A stretch of 64,000 nucleotides of DNA from Octopus vulgaris. Its lineage: Eukaryota. The notes beneath the pieces were generated by a model. That model was not told where the DNA came from. It saw nothing but the letters and a program-made list of their open reading frames with translations, and searched no databases. Position 1 is the first letter of the stretch. The number at the start of each line of letters is the position of its first letter. Location of the stretch: positions 69,440,001-69,504,000 of the forward strand of contig OX597814.1 in the NCBI GenBank assembly GCA_951406725.2, given 5' to 3'. The translations under genes and the position numbers were made by a program. Positions 27,325-39,576 of this stretch are shown here, in pieces.

Positions 27325-27613
27325 TTAGATTCATTCTGTTTCTAATATCACAATATATACATATATACATATATATACATATATATCTAAAGCTGGTTCT
27401 AGCTAGCCCAAAATGATCTTGTTTGAAGAAAGCATGCTGGTTTTTAATTCATTGCCTAGATCCCTATAGTTAACCTGCACTTTTCCTCCATTAGATTCAC
27501 TCTGCTTTTAATATAGCAATGTATTTATATACATATATATCTAAAGCTGGTTCTAGCTAGGCCAATGATTGAAGAAAACATTCTGGTTTTTAATTCATTG
27601 CCTATATTCCTAT
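27325..27613. repeat. Tandem duplication of a ~140-165 nt unit
   Basis: TTAGATTCA..TATCTAAAGCTGGTTCTAGCTAG..GGTTTTTAATTCATTGCCTA occurs at 27325-27466 and 27491-27613. Confidence 0.8.
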
Positions 27614-28528
27614 GTGTCCTGGCTTTCTCCCATTCTTCCCATAACCTCTCCCACCTGCTCCCTAACCACCACTAGACTAACCAAACAGCTTGTGTGGAAA
27701 GAAAACTTTGAATATCCCATTCTTGTTTTCTTTGTATCATCTATCTGGATGTTTTGTTGTCCCATTTTTGTATCACCTAACTGTCCGGATGTTTTGCGTT
27801 CTTGTCCCATTTTTATATATATATATATAGAGGTGTATGTACACTTTGGTTTCTAATATTTAAGTATACATTTTTCTAAATCTCATACAACTCTATTTCT
27901 GTCTATCAGCCCTTTCTCGCTTAATCGTTCATTCCACTCTTCGTTCTTTCATTCCCCCTCACTCACATTTCTTTGCCTTCTCTTCTTGTTCACTTTCCCT
28001 CCACTTTTCACTTCACTGTGTCCCTGTCATTTTTTCTCGCCCCTCTTTAATTCTTCTGTCCTTCTGCCTCTACATCTCTCTCTTCCCATGTGACCAGCAT
28101 TTGGCCAAGTCTGATCTTTCTTTCTTGGTCTGGCCATTGTCCATGCAACATCGATATTCCTCCCTTGTGACTGTGAAATCTTGTATCCTTGCCATAAGGC
28201 TTCATTTCCATACATGCCAGCTTAATTTAATTTGTCCTTTGTTGAAAGACACCTGTTGTTATGTCCTGTTATTATTTTTATTGTATTTGTGTAACATTGT
28301 CCATTTTTTTCCATCCTTGTTTTTGTAGACATTCACTGCTTTCTTCTAAGGAATCTAAAATGCTCTTAGCTTGGTTTTTCCTTCGGGCTGGCCAGATTGG
28401 AGTAAACTCGAGTATAATCAGCTGAAATTCCAAAGATAATCTGGTATTCAACTGAGGAAAGAAAACTTCGAGTGACCCATCCTTGTTTTCTTTGTATCAT
28501 CTATCTGGATGTTTTGCGTTCTTGTCCC

Positions 28529-28564
<36 letters not shown>

Positions 28565-28568
<4 letters not shown>

Positions 28569-29630
28569 TCATCATCATCGTTTAACTTCTGCCTTTTGTG
28601 CAGGCATGGGTTGAATGATTTGACTGAGGACTGGCAAACCAGATGGCTGCACCAGGCTCCAATCAGTTCTGGCAAAGTTTCCACAGCTGGATGCCTTTCC
28701 TAACGCCAACCACTCTGAGAGTGTAGTGAGTGCTTTTACATGCCACCAGCATGAGGGCAAGCCAGGCGGTACTGGCAACGGCCACACTCAAATGGTGTTT
28801 TTTTATGTGCCACCTGCACAGGAGCCAGCCAGTCCAGCGGCACTGGTAATGACCTCGCTCGAATGTTTTTCCACATGCCAGTAAGGTGATGCTGGTAATG
28901 ATCATGCTCGAATGGTGCTTTTTATGTGCCTCCGGCATGGACGCCAATCAGCTGCTCTGGCAACGATCATGTTCAGATGGTGCTCTTAGTGCTCCACTAG
29001 CATCGATGCCAGTCATTGAATTTGATTTCGATTTCACTTGCCTCAACAGGTCTTCACAAGCAGAGTTTAGTGTCCACGCATAAGTGGGCTGGTATAGGCC
29101 ACAGCTTATGGTCTCACTTGGTTTGCCGAGTCTTCTCACACACAGCATATTTCCAAAGGTCTTGGTCACTAGTCCTTGCCTTGGTGAGGCCTAATGTTCG
29201 AAGGTCATGCTTTACCACCTCATCCCAAGTCTACATCTTCCACAGGTTCCCTCAACTGCTAGGGTGTGGCACTTTTTCACACAGCTATCCTCATCCATTC
29301 TTGCCACATGACCATACCAGCATAGTCGTCTCTCTTGCACACCACATCTGATGCTTCTTAGGTCCAACTTTTCTCTCAGGGTACTTACACTCTGTCAAGT
29401 ATGCACACTCACATTACACATCCATCGGAGCCTACTGGCTTCATTCCTTGCAAGCTTACGCATGTCCTCAACAGTCACAGCCCATGCTTCACTGCCATGT
29501 AGCATGTCTGTTCGTACACATGCATCATACAGTCTACTTTTACTCTGAGCAAGAAGTCCTTTGTCACCAGCAGAGGTAAGAGCTCTCTGAACTTTGCCCA
29601 GGCTATTCTTATTCTAGCAACTTTGCCCAG
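28565..29630 (-). mobile_element. 5'-truncated RTE family A LINE
   Basis: RIRIAWAKFRELLPLL, 3' UTR motifs and (CAT)n at the left end. Confidence 0.85.
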
Positions 29631-29631
29631 T

Positions 29632-29671
<40 letters not shown>

Positions 29672-29739
29672 TGAGAGAAAGAGAAAAAGAGATTGATACC
29701 TATGCAAAACAAACTACACTTAATATTATGTAAGACAGT

Positions 29740-29960
29740 GATGCTGTGAGTTTGCAGAATTGTTAGCCTGCCAAACTAAGTGTTTAGTGGTATTTTGTCC
29801 ATCTTTATACTCTGAGGTCAGATTCCACCAAGGTCAACTTTGCCTTTCATCCTTTCAAGGTCAATAAATAAGTACCAATTAAGAACTGGGGTCAATGTAA
29901 TTAACTTACTTCCTCCTCCAAAATTGCTGGCTTTGTGTCAAAATTTGAAACCAATATTAT
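29740..29960 (+). mobile_element. SINE-like repeat (second copy inverted at ~58020-58195)
   Basis: Core GGTCAACTTTGCCTTTCATCCTTTC..ATAAGTACC resembles conserved SINE central domains (Deu/Nin-type, from memory); an inverted homolog occurs later in the window. Confidence 0.6.
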
Positions 29961-30776
29961 GTAAGATAAAAAATATAAAATTTAAGTGAAGAAAGATTAT
30001 ATATAGTGTCCCTATTTATTCAGTAAATATGTACATTTTTTAAATAAAAGTGTGTGTGTATGTGTGTGAGTGCACATGCATGTGTATGCATGTCGGTATA
30101 TATGTTCATGTGTAGGTGTGTGTGTATGTGTGTGAGTGCACATGCATATGTGTGCATGTCAGTATCTGTGTTCATGTGTAGGTGTGTGTGTGTGTTTGTT
30201 TCCCTATGATTATGCTTGTGTCTGCTGCATGTGTTTCTTTTCAATTTCCTTGTTGTCCAACAATAGGAGTATATTTATCTACTATGTTGATATAATACAT
30301 AACTAAAATTATCTATTTTAAGGGTTCTCACAGATATGCATCAAATTTTTTAGGCTTATGGAAACATTTTACCATCACAGTAAATTGTTTAGTTTCAAAT
30401 CATGGAGCACAGAAACAGAATTTAAATTTTAGTATTGAAAAGATGTGGTTATATTGCAAAGATGATAAACAGCTTTTAGGATTACATTTCATCTTGAATC
30501 AGATTATATATTTATTTTCCTTTACTGCTTGAATATGTAGGTAAACACTGTAAATACTGTTATATTCGTCTCTGTTTAACTCATCATTACCATTCTTTCC
30601 TACTATTCTATGTGACTCTGGTTACTCACAACTATCAACATTTTCCCCTTCACATTATCCTCTCTGCCTAATATACTCTTCCAAAAGACTCTGCTATATC
30701 AGCTTTTGTTTAACACATCCTTATTCATACTTTACTGACCTATTACCTCTGAAGGAGAGTACGATTGGCTATTTAA

Positions 30777-30997
30777 CCCTTTCGTTATTGTTTTTATTTT
30801 GAGATGCTCTGTATTTCTTTCAATTATTTAAAATATAATAAAGAATTTAGTAAAATAACTTCGTTATCATTAAGATAGTGTTAGGAACATAAATTATGAC
30901 TAACATTTGGTGGAAGATTTGAATTAAAAACTTATCAAAACAAGACACTTATATTAAAGAATCAGAGCTGGTTTCAGTTGGGTTAGTAACAAAAGGG
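30777..30997. mobile_element. piggyBac-like MITE
   Basis: TTAA on both sides (30773-30776, 30998-31001); TIRs CCCTTTCGTTA / TAACAAAAGGG. Confidence 0.8.
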
Positions 30998-31001
30998 TTA
31001 A

Positions 31002-34000
31002 ACCAAAGTCTTGTTTGCTGCCTAATCGGAAGTCCCTTCTCTGTGGACCAGCTTGATAGCTAGCCCACAGTGAAGATCCTTGTCTACAGTTCATCTGTTA
31101 TGAGTTCATGGGCAGTGCCCCACATAGCCCAACCCCCTCAGAACTGTTGACTGTTGTTGGAACAAAGGTGTTTTTACCACCCTACCCGTACATGTAATCA
31201 CTTGGCTTTTTGGCAACTGTTCATTGTCAGGGGTCAGTGTGACTTGCCTGTGGTGGCTGAGTTACTTAAATGGGGCTGTCATGGAAACTGTGACCTGTCA
31301 TTCACCAATCAGGAGCTGCAATGATTTGTCTCCTGAAGGAATCACTTCATATGGGCCATCATGAGGTGACTGAAGGGGTTTTCATTATGCATTATAATGA
31401 ACAAATACAAACTTTGCTGTATGGAGGTCTTTTGGTATGGATGACCTAGGTGTACCATGTGTAACTGACTCATGCTATCTCTCAGTTGCTCAAGATATCT
31501 TTTGACATTTGAGCCTGACTTTGTGTTTGGAATGAACTCCACCAGCACCATAAGTGGGGCACCATACACCATTTCTGCGGAAGAAGTGTTGAGGTCTTCC
31601 TTTGGGGGGGGGGATTCCTGGCATCACCCATGAAAATTGATCGATCCAGTTGAGCCTGTTAAGTCTGGTCGTGAGGGATTCCTTCAAGCAGCAGTGAAAT
31701 CTCTCCACTAAGCTGTTGGTTTGGGTATGGTATGTTGTTGTGACACCAAAAAATTCATATGTCATTCCACAGTTTTGAGGTGAACTGAGGTCAATGGTTG
31801 GATTATGCTGCTGTCTGGGACACCAAAATGGGTAACCCAGGAATGGGTAATTTCTTGATGCAGAGAGGCATAGCCTCAGGCAAAAGCGAAGGTGGTAGGG
31901 GACCAATGAGGTCAATGTCGACATGATTGAAATGGGCATGTGGGAATTCATAGCTGCCAAGAGGTGTTTTGGTATGCTGATGGATTTTGGCTTGTTAGCT
32001 GGGGAAACAGGTTTTGGCCAACTCTTCAATTTGCTTGGCCATACCATGCCAGATGAATTTGCTTGACCTCAGGTGCTGTATGGCTCTGGTAAGGTGTGAG
32101 AGCCCATGAATAACATCAAAAACTCTCCAGCGCCTGGCTACTGGGATAATTGGTCATGGTTTCCCAGTGTGTACATCACAAAATAGGGTTATTCGATTGG
32201 AGCTAAAGTGTACATCCTGCAAGGTAGGGAGATGATGACAGTGCAGTAGGCTCTGACCTTATCCTCTGTTTGTTGAGCTGTAGTCATACCCTCATAATCA
32301 AGACTTCCATTATGGAAGCTATGTAGGTGTCAGATTAGATAAAGGCCCAAGAGAGTGCATCAGCAACTAGGTTGCTTTTTCCCATTTAAGTGTTGAATGT
32401 CTGCAGTGTACTCAGAAATGGTCGATAACTGTCAATGTTGACATACAGACCATGGCTCTGAGAGCTTGCTCATAGCAAAGTGAGTGGTTTGTGGTCTGTG
32501 AACACTATGAAAGTGCAACCTTCAAGAAAATAGCAAAAGTGGTGGACACCTATATGAGTGGCTAATAGTTCCTTGTCTGAAGATGATTTTGACCTAGGAG
32601 AAAACTGAGCACCCAGCTAACTGAGCTGAGAAATCCTGTATATGCAGAATGGTGGAGTAGCAGTCAGGTGTTGTGTTTGTGTTGAGACAATGATAATCTC
32701 TACTAGGTTGCAACTTCCATTGGGTTTTGGTGTCACATGTACAGGTGATGATCAAAGACTGCTTGGTCAGTGAATGATGCCCAAAATTTCCATATTGTTG
32801 AACTCAGGCCTCGCAATATCAAGTTTATCTAATGGTAGACAATGTGTGCAGCTGTGCATTGGAGGGCCAATAGTGTGGATGTGATGTTTCAGTCCATAGC
32901 AGGTTGTGGGTTTGGAGAATGTTGGTGTAGTGAGATTCAAGTGGCTTACAAGGACAGTCAAGAATTTGTTCTTCATTTGAGAAGTGGCTGCTATGTGGGA
33001 GATGGCATGTGCAGATGTTACTAGAGGTATGTAGGCATATGTATTGCTGTTGACAAGTCATCTCCCCTGAAGATCAACGAGCAGTAAGTCTGCTCTGATA
33101 ATAGGCTGATGGACATCAGCGATGGTGAATGCCCATGCGTATGCTTGTGAGCTGGTGTGAAGGGAGAGAATGCAGCATCCATATGCTTTGATTTTGCAAC
33201 CATTGGCAGCTGTTAAAGGTTGGCCTTGCTTTCTGTACAAGAGGTCTCTTGCAGATACTGGGATCATGCTGATTTCTGCAACTGTGTTCATTAGAAATCT
33301 TCATCTGGAACTCCAATTGTGGACATACAGGAGCAGTTGATTGTGTTTGCCAGAGTGTTTAGTAATGGCTGGCTCTTGAAGCTACCTGATTACTTACACT
33401 TTGTAGCCTTCTTGTCCCAAACTTCGTGTGATAGAAACACAGGTCATCTTGTGTAACTTCATGTCTCAGGGCCAACCTTGATTGTAACCCTGACAAATAT
33501 TGTTTGTCAATCACTTTTGCTAACTGCCATAGGTCCTTGATCTCAGTCTGAGTTATGAGGTACTGAACCTGGGACGGCAGTTTATAGAAGAATATCTCAC
33601 TACACAAAAAACAAGGTGACTCACCAAGGAGCACTAATGCCAGCATCCTGTCCATCAGTTTGCTGCTTCCTGGTCACTAGGCCAGAAAGTTTCCACAAGT
33701 CTCTCTTTTAAGGTGGCGTATTTGTGCATAGCCAGTGTTGAGTTAGGATGTCTAGCACTCTTGTTGCTGTGTCCTCATCCAGTGCTGCTGTTGCATATAT
33801 TTTGTCAGGTTTAGAGTGATCTTCCTAATGTTGATCTGTGCTTCAACTTGTGTGAACCATACTTTGGTTTGTTTTAGCCAGAATATGGGTACTTCTCTCC
33901 CTTGCCATGCATGTGTGTATTCTATTTCAGGGCCACCACTTATAGCTTGCTTTTGTTAAGCTCTACATAAAAATAATCACAAACAAGAGTGTGTCAAAGT

Positions 34001-34172
34001 ATCATTTATCTGGCTTCAATCATCTACACTGTGAGGGAGAGTTATGATCAGCCATTTAAACCTGAGTCATGCTTATTGCCTAACTGGAAGTCCCTTTTCT
34101 ACAGACTAGCTCAATAGCTAGCTCACAGTAAAGATACTTGTCTACAGTTCATCTGTTATGAGTTTATGGGCT
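31002..34172 (-). mobile_element. Decayed Gypsy LTR retrotransposon with both LTR remnants
   Basis: LTR homology 31008-31113 vs 34066-34171. PBS TGGTGGCCC at 33938, purine tract before TG at 31124. Gag (FWLKQTKVWFTQVEAQ), protease (NTVAEISMIP), RNase H (FTDHKP) and integrase (QTNSLVERFH) appear in Gypsy order; RT is largely deleted. Confidence 0.85.
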
Positions 34173-34489
34173 TATTCAAAATGAATTGGAATTTATAGGC
34201 TATATCTATTAGCCAATTAATAAACTGCAATGAATAAGTAAAGAAATTTGATATGATTAACTTTGACTTTGTCAACTCTATGTTTCTATTTATATAACAT
34301 TTTAAGTGATCTATTTATATGTTTCCTTTGGGAACATATAAATACTCATCTTTATTGAAAATCTAACTTCTAGCAATATGAATGAGTCAATTTCAATGGT
34401 ACTAAAATTGTTTCAGCAAAAACAGTTGTATTTGACTGCTAATGAATTTGTAGATTAGTGTAAAACCATAGGATTCAAGATTAACTTAC

Positions 34490-34766
34490 GGATTCCAGCC
34501 AAGGTCCTGAGGGTTAATATAAAGGATTCCTGCCCTGGAAACTGTTGCAGGTGTTGCTGTTTTCAGATGACTAATTTCAAACAGTAGTCGCATTGACGGA
34601 GTCAGTGGAATTCTTTCATTACTGGCCAGAGTGAGAATTTTATTGTCATCCATAACTGTATTTAGAGACTCTATCCACATGGGATCGATGTCTCCATCCA
34701 AAACAATCCATTTGGGTCCTGTTCCTGACATTATAGCTAAGTCTCGCATGATCACAGAAAAAAGTC
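34490..34766 (-). CDS. DNAH9/DNAH17: Axonemal dynein heavy chain exon (AAA2 Walker B and sensor region)
   Basis: [60 protein letters not shown]. Acceptor AG at 34768-34767, donor GTAAGT at 34489; 277 nt, phase 1 to 2. The exact paralog within DNAH9/11/17 cannot be resolved. Confidence 0.95.
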
Positions 34767-36087
34767 CTGCCAAGCAAAGATAATCTTACAATTACCAAAA
34801 CGTTGCATTGGTGATAATAATAATGATAATACAGGTAAAGATGTTAAGCATGACTAGGACAATTGTTTTTGTTGCTATTACTGATTAGCTGACAAAATGT
34901 TTAGTCATAATACACACCACTCTATAAATGCAAATCTATCTATTGAAGTCAATCCATCAGTATAATTAGGCAATGTAAATATCTACGGTTCAAACTCTTT
35001 GTTACTGATAATAAAGAATTTCTTGAAAGAGATTAGGATAATTTATTCAGTAGATTGAACATTGTGTTATTTACTGGATTATTTTGTTTTTTGTCATAAT
35101 AAAGCTACTGATAAAATTCAGCTAAGAATGAATTTTGTAAGTAATCAGATCATCAGGAAAATGTACAAAATACAGTATTTTAGAGGTTATTTGAAATCTT
35201 TTGCCATTTACTCTTTATTTTCTCACATGTAAACTGTGGCTAGTTTCAGTCATTGGACTACATGCAAGTGGGACACTGCCTTCAAGGGTCTAGTTAATCA
35301 TATCCTCAATAATTAAATGTATTGAAATTTAGTGCTTCTTTTATCAAATTTTATTTACTGAACTGCTACATTACAGATCATAAACAAACAGCATCACTTG
35401 CTAAGTGGAGTGGGCATAAACCAAATTTGGACACAAAAGCACATACACTAAATTTCACTCAAAGTATTTGTCAATTTGAGATAATAGAAGACAACCAAGG
35501 TTGTACATAGTAGGACTGAAATCAAAACCAAGTGGTTGCAAAGTGAACTTATTAATCATAGAGCCATGATGCTACCTGTACATTACTGCCACTGCTGTCA
35601 TCATCTTTAACATCATTTCATATCTGTTTCTTGGGTTGGATAGATTCGATATATCAATTTACATATTAAACGCATTCTTGGAGTTGGTTTGTAAAAATTA
35701 ATGATTTATAGGTATGTGGAACTTTGTTATGCAAACATAATATACTATAAAGTATACTAAATGTTTTTATAAGTCAGTACCATGTTCTACAGTGTTAGCA
35801 GTGTTTCTTACATTATTTTGTTAAAGTTATTTCTACAGTTATTCAATAGAAATTATAACCAGCACTGATTTTTGCTACAACGTTTTGTATCAAGACGTCA
35901 GATGTAAACAGTAATTTTAGCATAACATATTAAGGAACACTAATAAAAAATCAAAAACATAAAAATAAACAAGCTTTTGATGATTTTATAGATATTTCAA
36001 AATTATGATGCTATGATGCTAGGTCCTTCCATTATTTTGTCCAATCCCTGTATATATATATATATATATTAAAGAAGCCCACCATGG

Positions 36088-36127
<40 letters not shown>

Positions 36128-37440
36128 ATATATATATATATATATTGATATATAAAATTCATTCCATCTGTCTGTTTGTGCGCTTATAACTTGAGTATTG
36201 TTCATCCAATCGTGCTGAAATTTTAAACATGGATACATGAGAGAGCTGGGCATTCCGTAATCTAAAAAGATTTTCAGAATCGTTAGTTTCAAAGTGAGAA
36301 TTGCTATTTTTGTAATCTTTAATGTCCTGTTTGTTCCACCATTAAGACAATCAGTTGCTCAGACAGCCGGCGTATACCATTTCACTAGCAACAAGGGGAG
36401 TACAGGATGACAGTCAGCCAAAACCATCGCTATGGTGTCTCTCTTCTTTCCTCTCTCTGTGGGGGTTAATAATCTTTAGCTACGGTTTCTCATTCAAACT
36501 ATATAATAGGCGGAATTATTGGATTAAGACAGTAGGGTGTTTTGATGGCAATTTGGCTGCTATTTCTACCAGGTCTAGTGGATCATTTCACTTTGACCGG
36601 CAGATTTTTAAAATAATTTCTTTGTAACTAAACACTTTTAAACTTCGTATACTGGTAGAATGTGTCACATAAAACATCTTTCTCTCTTGGCATTCTTGAG
36701 AAAATGAAGTAGTTTGTAAGCTCTTTCTTGTATTTCAGCAATTTCAACCAATCAATGACGTCTATTGAGGTGAATACAATTACTGTTGTTGTTTGCAACA
36801 AGTTCAAAACAACTTCCGGCGGTACGTGTATTTGTTTACATTTGAAGAAGATCGTCACTTTCTGTAAAATTTTTAATTTTACAGGGACATATAAAATGAG
36901 GTGAGGATGCAAGTGGGCAAGGTTAGAAATCCCCATCTTAAAAGGTGTCGTTGCTAGGGCCAAAAACGCACACTTTGACAAGTCTACTCTCATTCTTTTA
37001 TGTGTCTGTCTTTCTCCATCACTCACTCTCTTTCCTCCCTTCCTTTCACTTTCTATCTATAACGGCGTTTCACAGTGTCTACCTCCCTTCCCTTCACTTT
37101 CTCTCTATAACGTTATAGAGAGAAAGTGAAAAGAAGGGAGAAAGTAATAATGAGTGAATGAGAATAACGATTAAGGGTTTTAAAAGCGTAAAAATATTTT
37201 CTTTCTCAACTTACTCAAGATCTTTTGTTGTTTATAAATGGGAGAGAGATAGATAGAGAAAGATAGAGAGTAAGAGAAAGCGAGGGAAAGTCTACTATTT
37301 TTCCCCCGCCGCCTTCACCAGCGCTGTCACTCTCTCTCTCTCTCTCTCTCTCTCTTTACGTCTGTCTGCATTCATACAGGGAATTATCATCGCCACCACC
37401 ACCACCAAATATTATGAATCAGATATTTATTGGGTGAATT

Positions 37441-37471
<31 letters not shown>

Positions 37472-38422
37472 TCTATATATAAATATGTATATATAATGTA
37501 TATATACAAAGTGTATATATCTCTATTTATATATATATATATATATATAATTTGTATACACTTATATATATAATGCGTACACACACGCACACACACATAC
37601 ACACACTCACACACACATATATATAATGTGTGCATTATGTGGTCGGTTGAGCTGAAAATATGCACACCTATGTTAAAAGTGCTGGCTAGTTTGCATGGCA
37701 ACTATTTTTTTCCTCAAATGAAAGGACAAAATTCCTCATCTTATAAAATGTGGCCCGAGTAGACCCAAATGAAATCGGGTTATATTAATCAAAATGTGAA
37801 AAGGGGTCTAAATGGGGCTGGAAGGAGATTAAAATTTGCAGGAGAGGGTGTTTAGGAATTCCCTGTTACATCAAGCTAAAAAATTTGCGCCAGCCTTTAA
37901 ATCGTCAATGTGTTGCCGTCCATGATGAAGAGGTTTTGAATTCTTGCCATGGTGAGTCTACTGTTGTGAGAAAGAATCACCTCAAAACTTGGTGTTTAGG
38001 AATTTTCTTTTACATCAAGTTCAAAATTTTACGCCAGCTGTTAAACTGTCAATATGTTGCTGTCCGTCATTAAGAAATGCCAGCCATGGTGACTCTACTA
38101 TCCTCAGACTTTATCCCTTCAAACTTTGGTTTCCAATATTTTTTTATTTTTATTCAGCTCGCAAGTTCGTCTGTCCCTTTTAAATGTTAGTGTTTTGCTG
38201 TCTGCCTTGAAGCAGACCTTTCCGTTGTCACTGCATGATACTTATGAGTGATTTTTCAAAATATTTTCTTTCCCAACTTAATCAAGATCTTTTGTTGTTT
38301 ATAAATAGGAGAGAGATAGATAAAGATAGAGAGTAAGAGAAAGTGAGGGAGAGTCCGAGAGAAATGAAGAGTAAGAGAGTGGGAAAGTGAGAGAGAAAGG
38401 AGAGAGAAACAAAGAGGGAGAA

Positions 38423-38731
38423 TCATCATCATCATCGTTTAACATCTGTTTTCCGTGCTAGCACGGGTTGTACGGTATGACCGGGGTCTGGGAAGCCAGG
38501 AGGCTGCACGAGGCTCCAGTCTGATCTGGCAGTGTTTCTACAGCTGGATGCCCTTCCTAATGCCAACCACTCCTTGAGTGTAGTGGCTGCTTTTTTCATG
38601 CCATGGGCACAGGGTCCAGGGGGGGCTGGCAGCGGCCACGATCGGTTGGTGCTATTTACGTGCCACCGGCACAGTAGCCAGTTAAGGCAGCGCTGCCATC
38701 GGCCACGTTCGTATGGTGCTTTTTACGTGCC
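38423..38731 (-). mobile_element. RTE family A 3' UTR fragment within a Helitron unit
   Basis: (CAT)n plus shared 3' UTR motifs; absent from sister units. Confidence 0.8.
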
Positions 38732-39544
38732 GAAAGGAAGCAACAGAAAGTAACAACCACAACCTCACCCGCGCGTAGAGCGGGTCACCTTAAGCTAGTC
38801 TCTATATTATAATTCTGAAATGCAAAATGTTTGTTTGTCTGGTTTTGGCATTGAGAGCGGGCCACTAGATCCCGTCGGATTGACTCCAAAATTTACAGGG
38901 ACATGTAAAATGAGGTGAGGATGCAAATGGGCTAGGTTAGAAATCCCCATATTAAAAGGTGTCATTGCTAGGACCAAAAACGCACACTTTAAAAAGTCTA
39001 CTCTCATTCTTTTATGTGTCTGTCTTTCTCCATCACTCACTTTCTTTCCTCCCTTCCCTTCACTTTCTCTCTATAATGTTATAGAAAGAAAGGGAAAGGA
39101 AGGGAGAAAGTAATAATGAGTGAACAAGAATAACAACGAAAGGTTTAAAAAGCGTAAAAGTATTTTCTTTCTCAACTTACTCAAGATCTTTTGTTTTTTA
39201 TAAATGGGAAAGAGATAGATAGAGAAAGATAGAGAGTAAGAGAAAGTGAGGGAAAGTCTACTATTTTTTCCCCCGCCGCCTTCACCAGCGCTGTCTCTCT
39301 CTCTCTCTCTCTTTACGTCTGTCTGCATTCATACAGAGAATTATCATCGCCACCACCACCACCACCACAACACAATCATGAGAACAAATATGATGAAACA
39401 GATAATTATTGGGCTAATTTATATGTGTGTGTGTGTTCTATATATAAATATGTATATATAATGTATATATACAAAGTGTATATATCTGTATTTATATATA
39501 TATATAATTTGTATACACTTATATATATAATGCGTACACACACG

Positions 39545-39576
<32 letters not shown>

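Noticed and set aside
28448-28480. CTGAGGA-AA-GAAA as another hammerhead core
   Set aside because: No room for stem II and no convincing stem I or NUH triplet.
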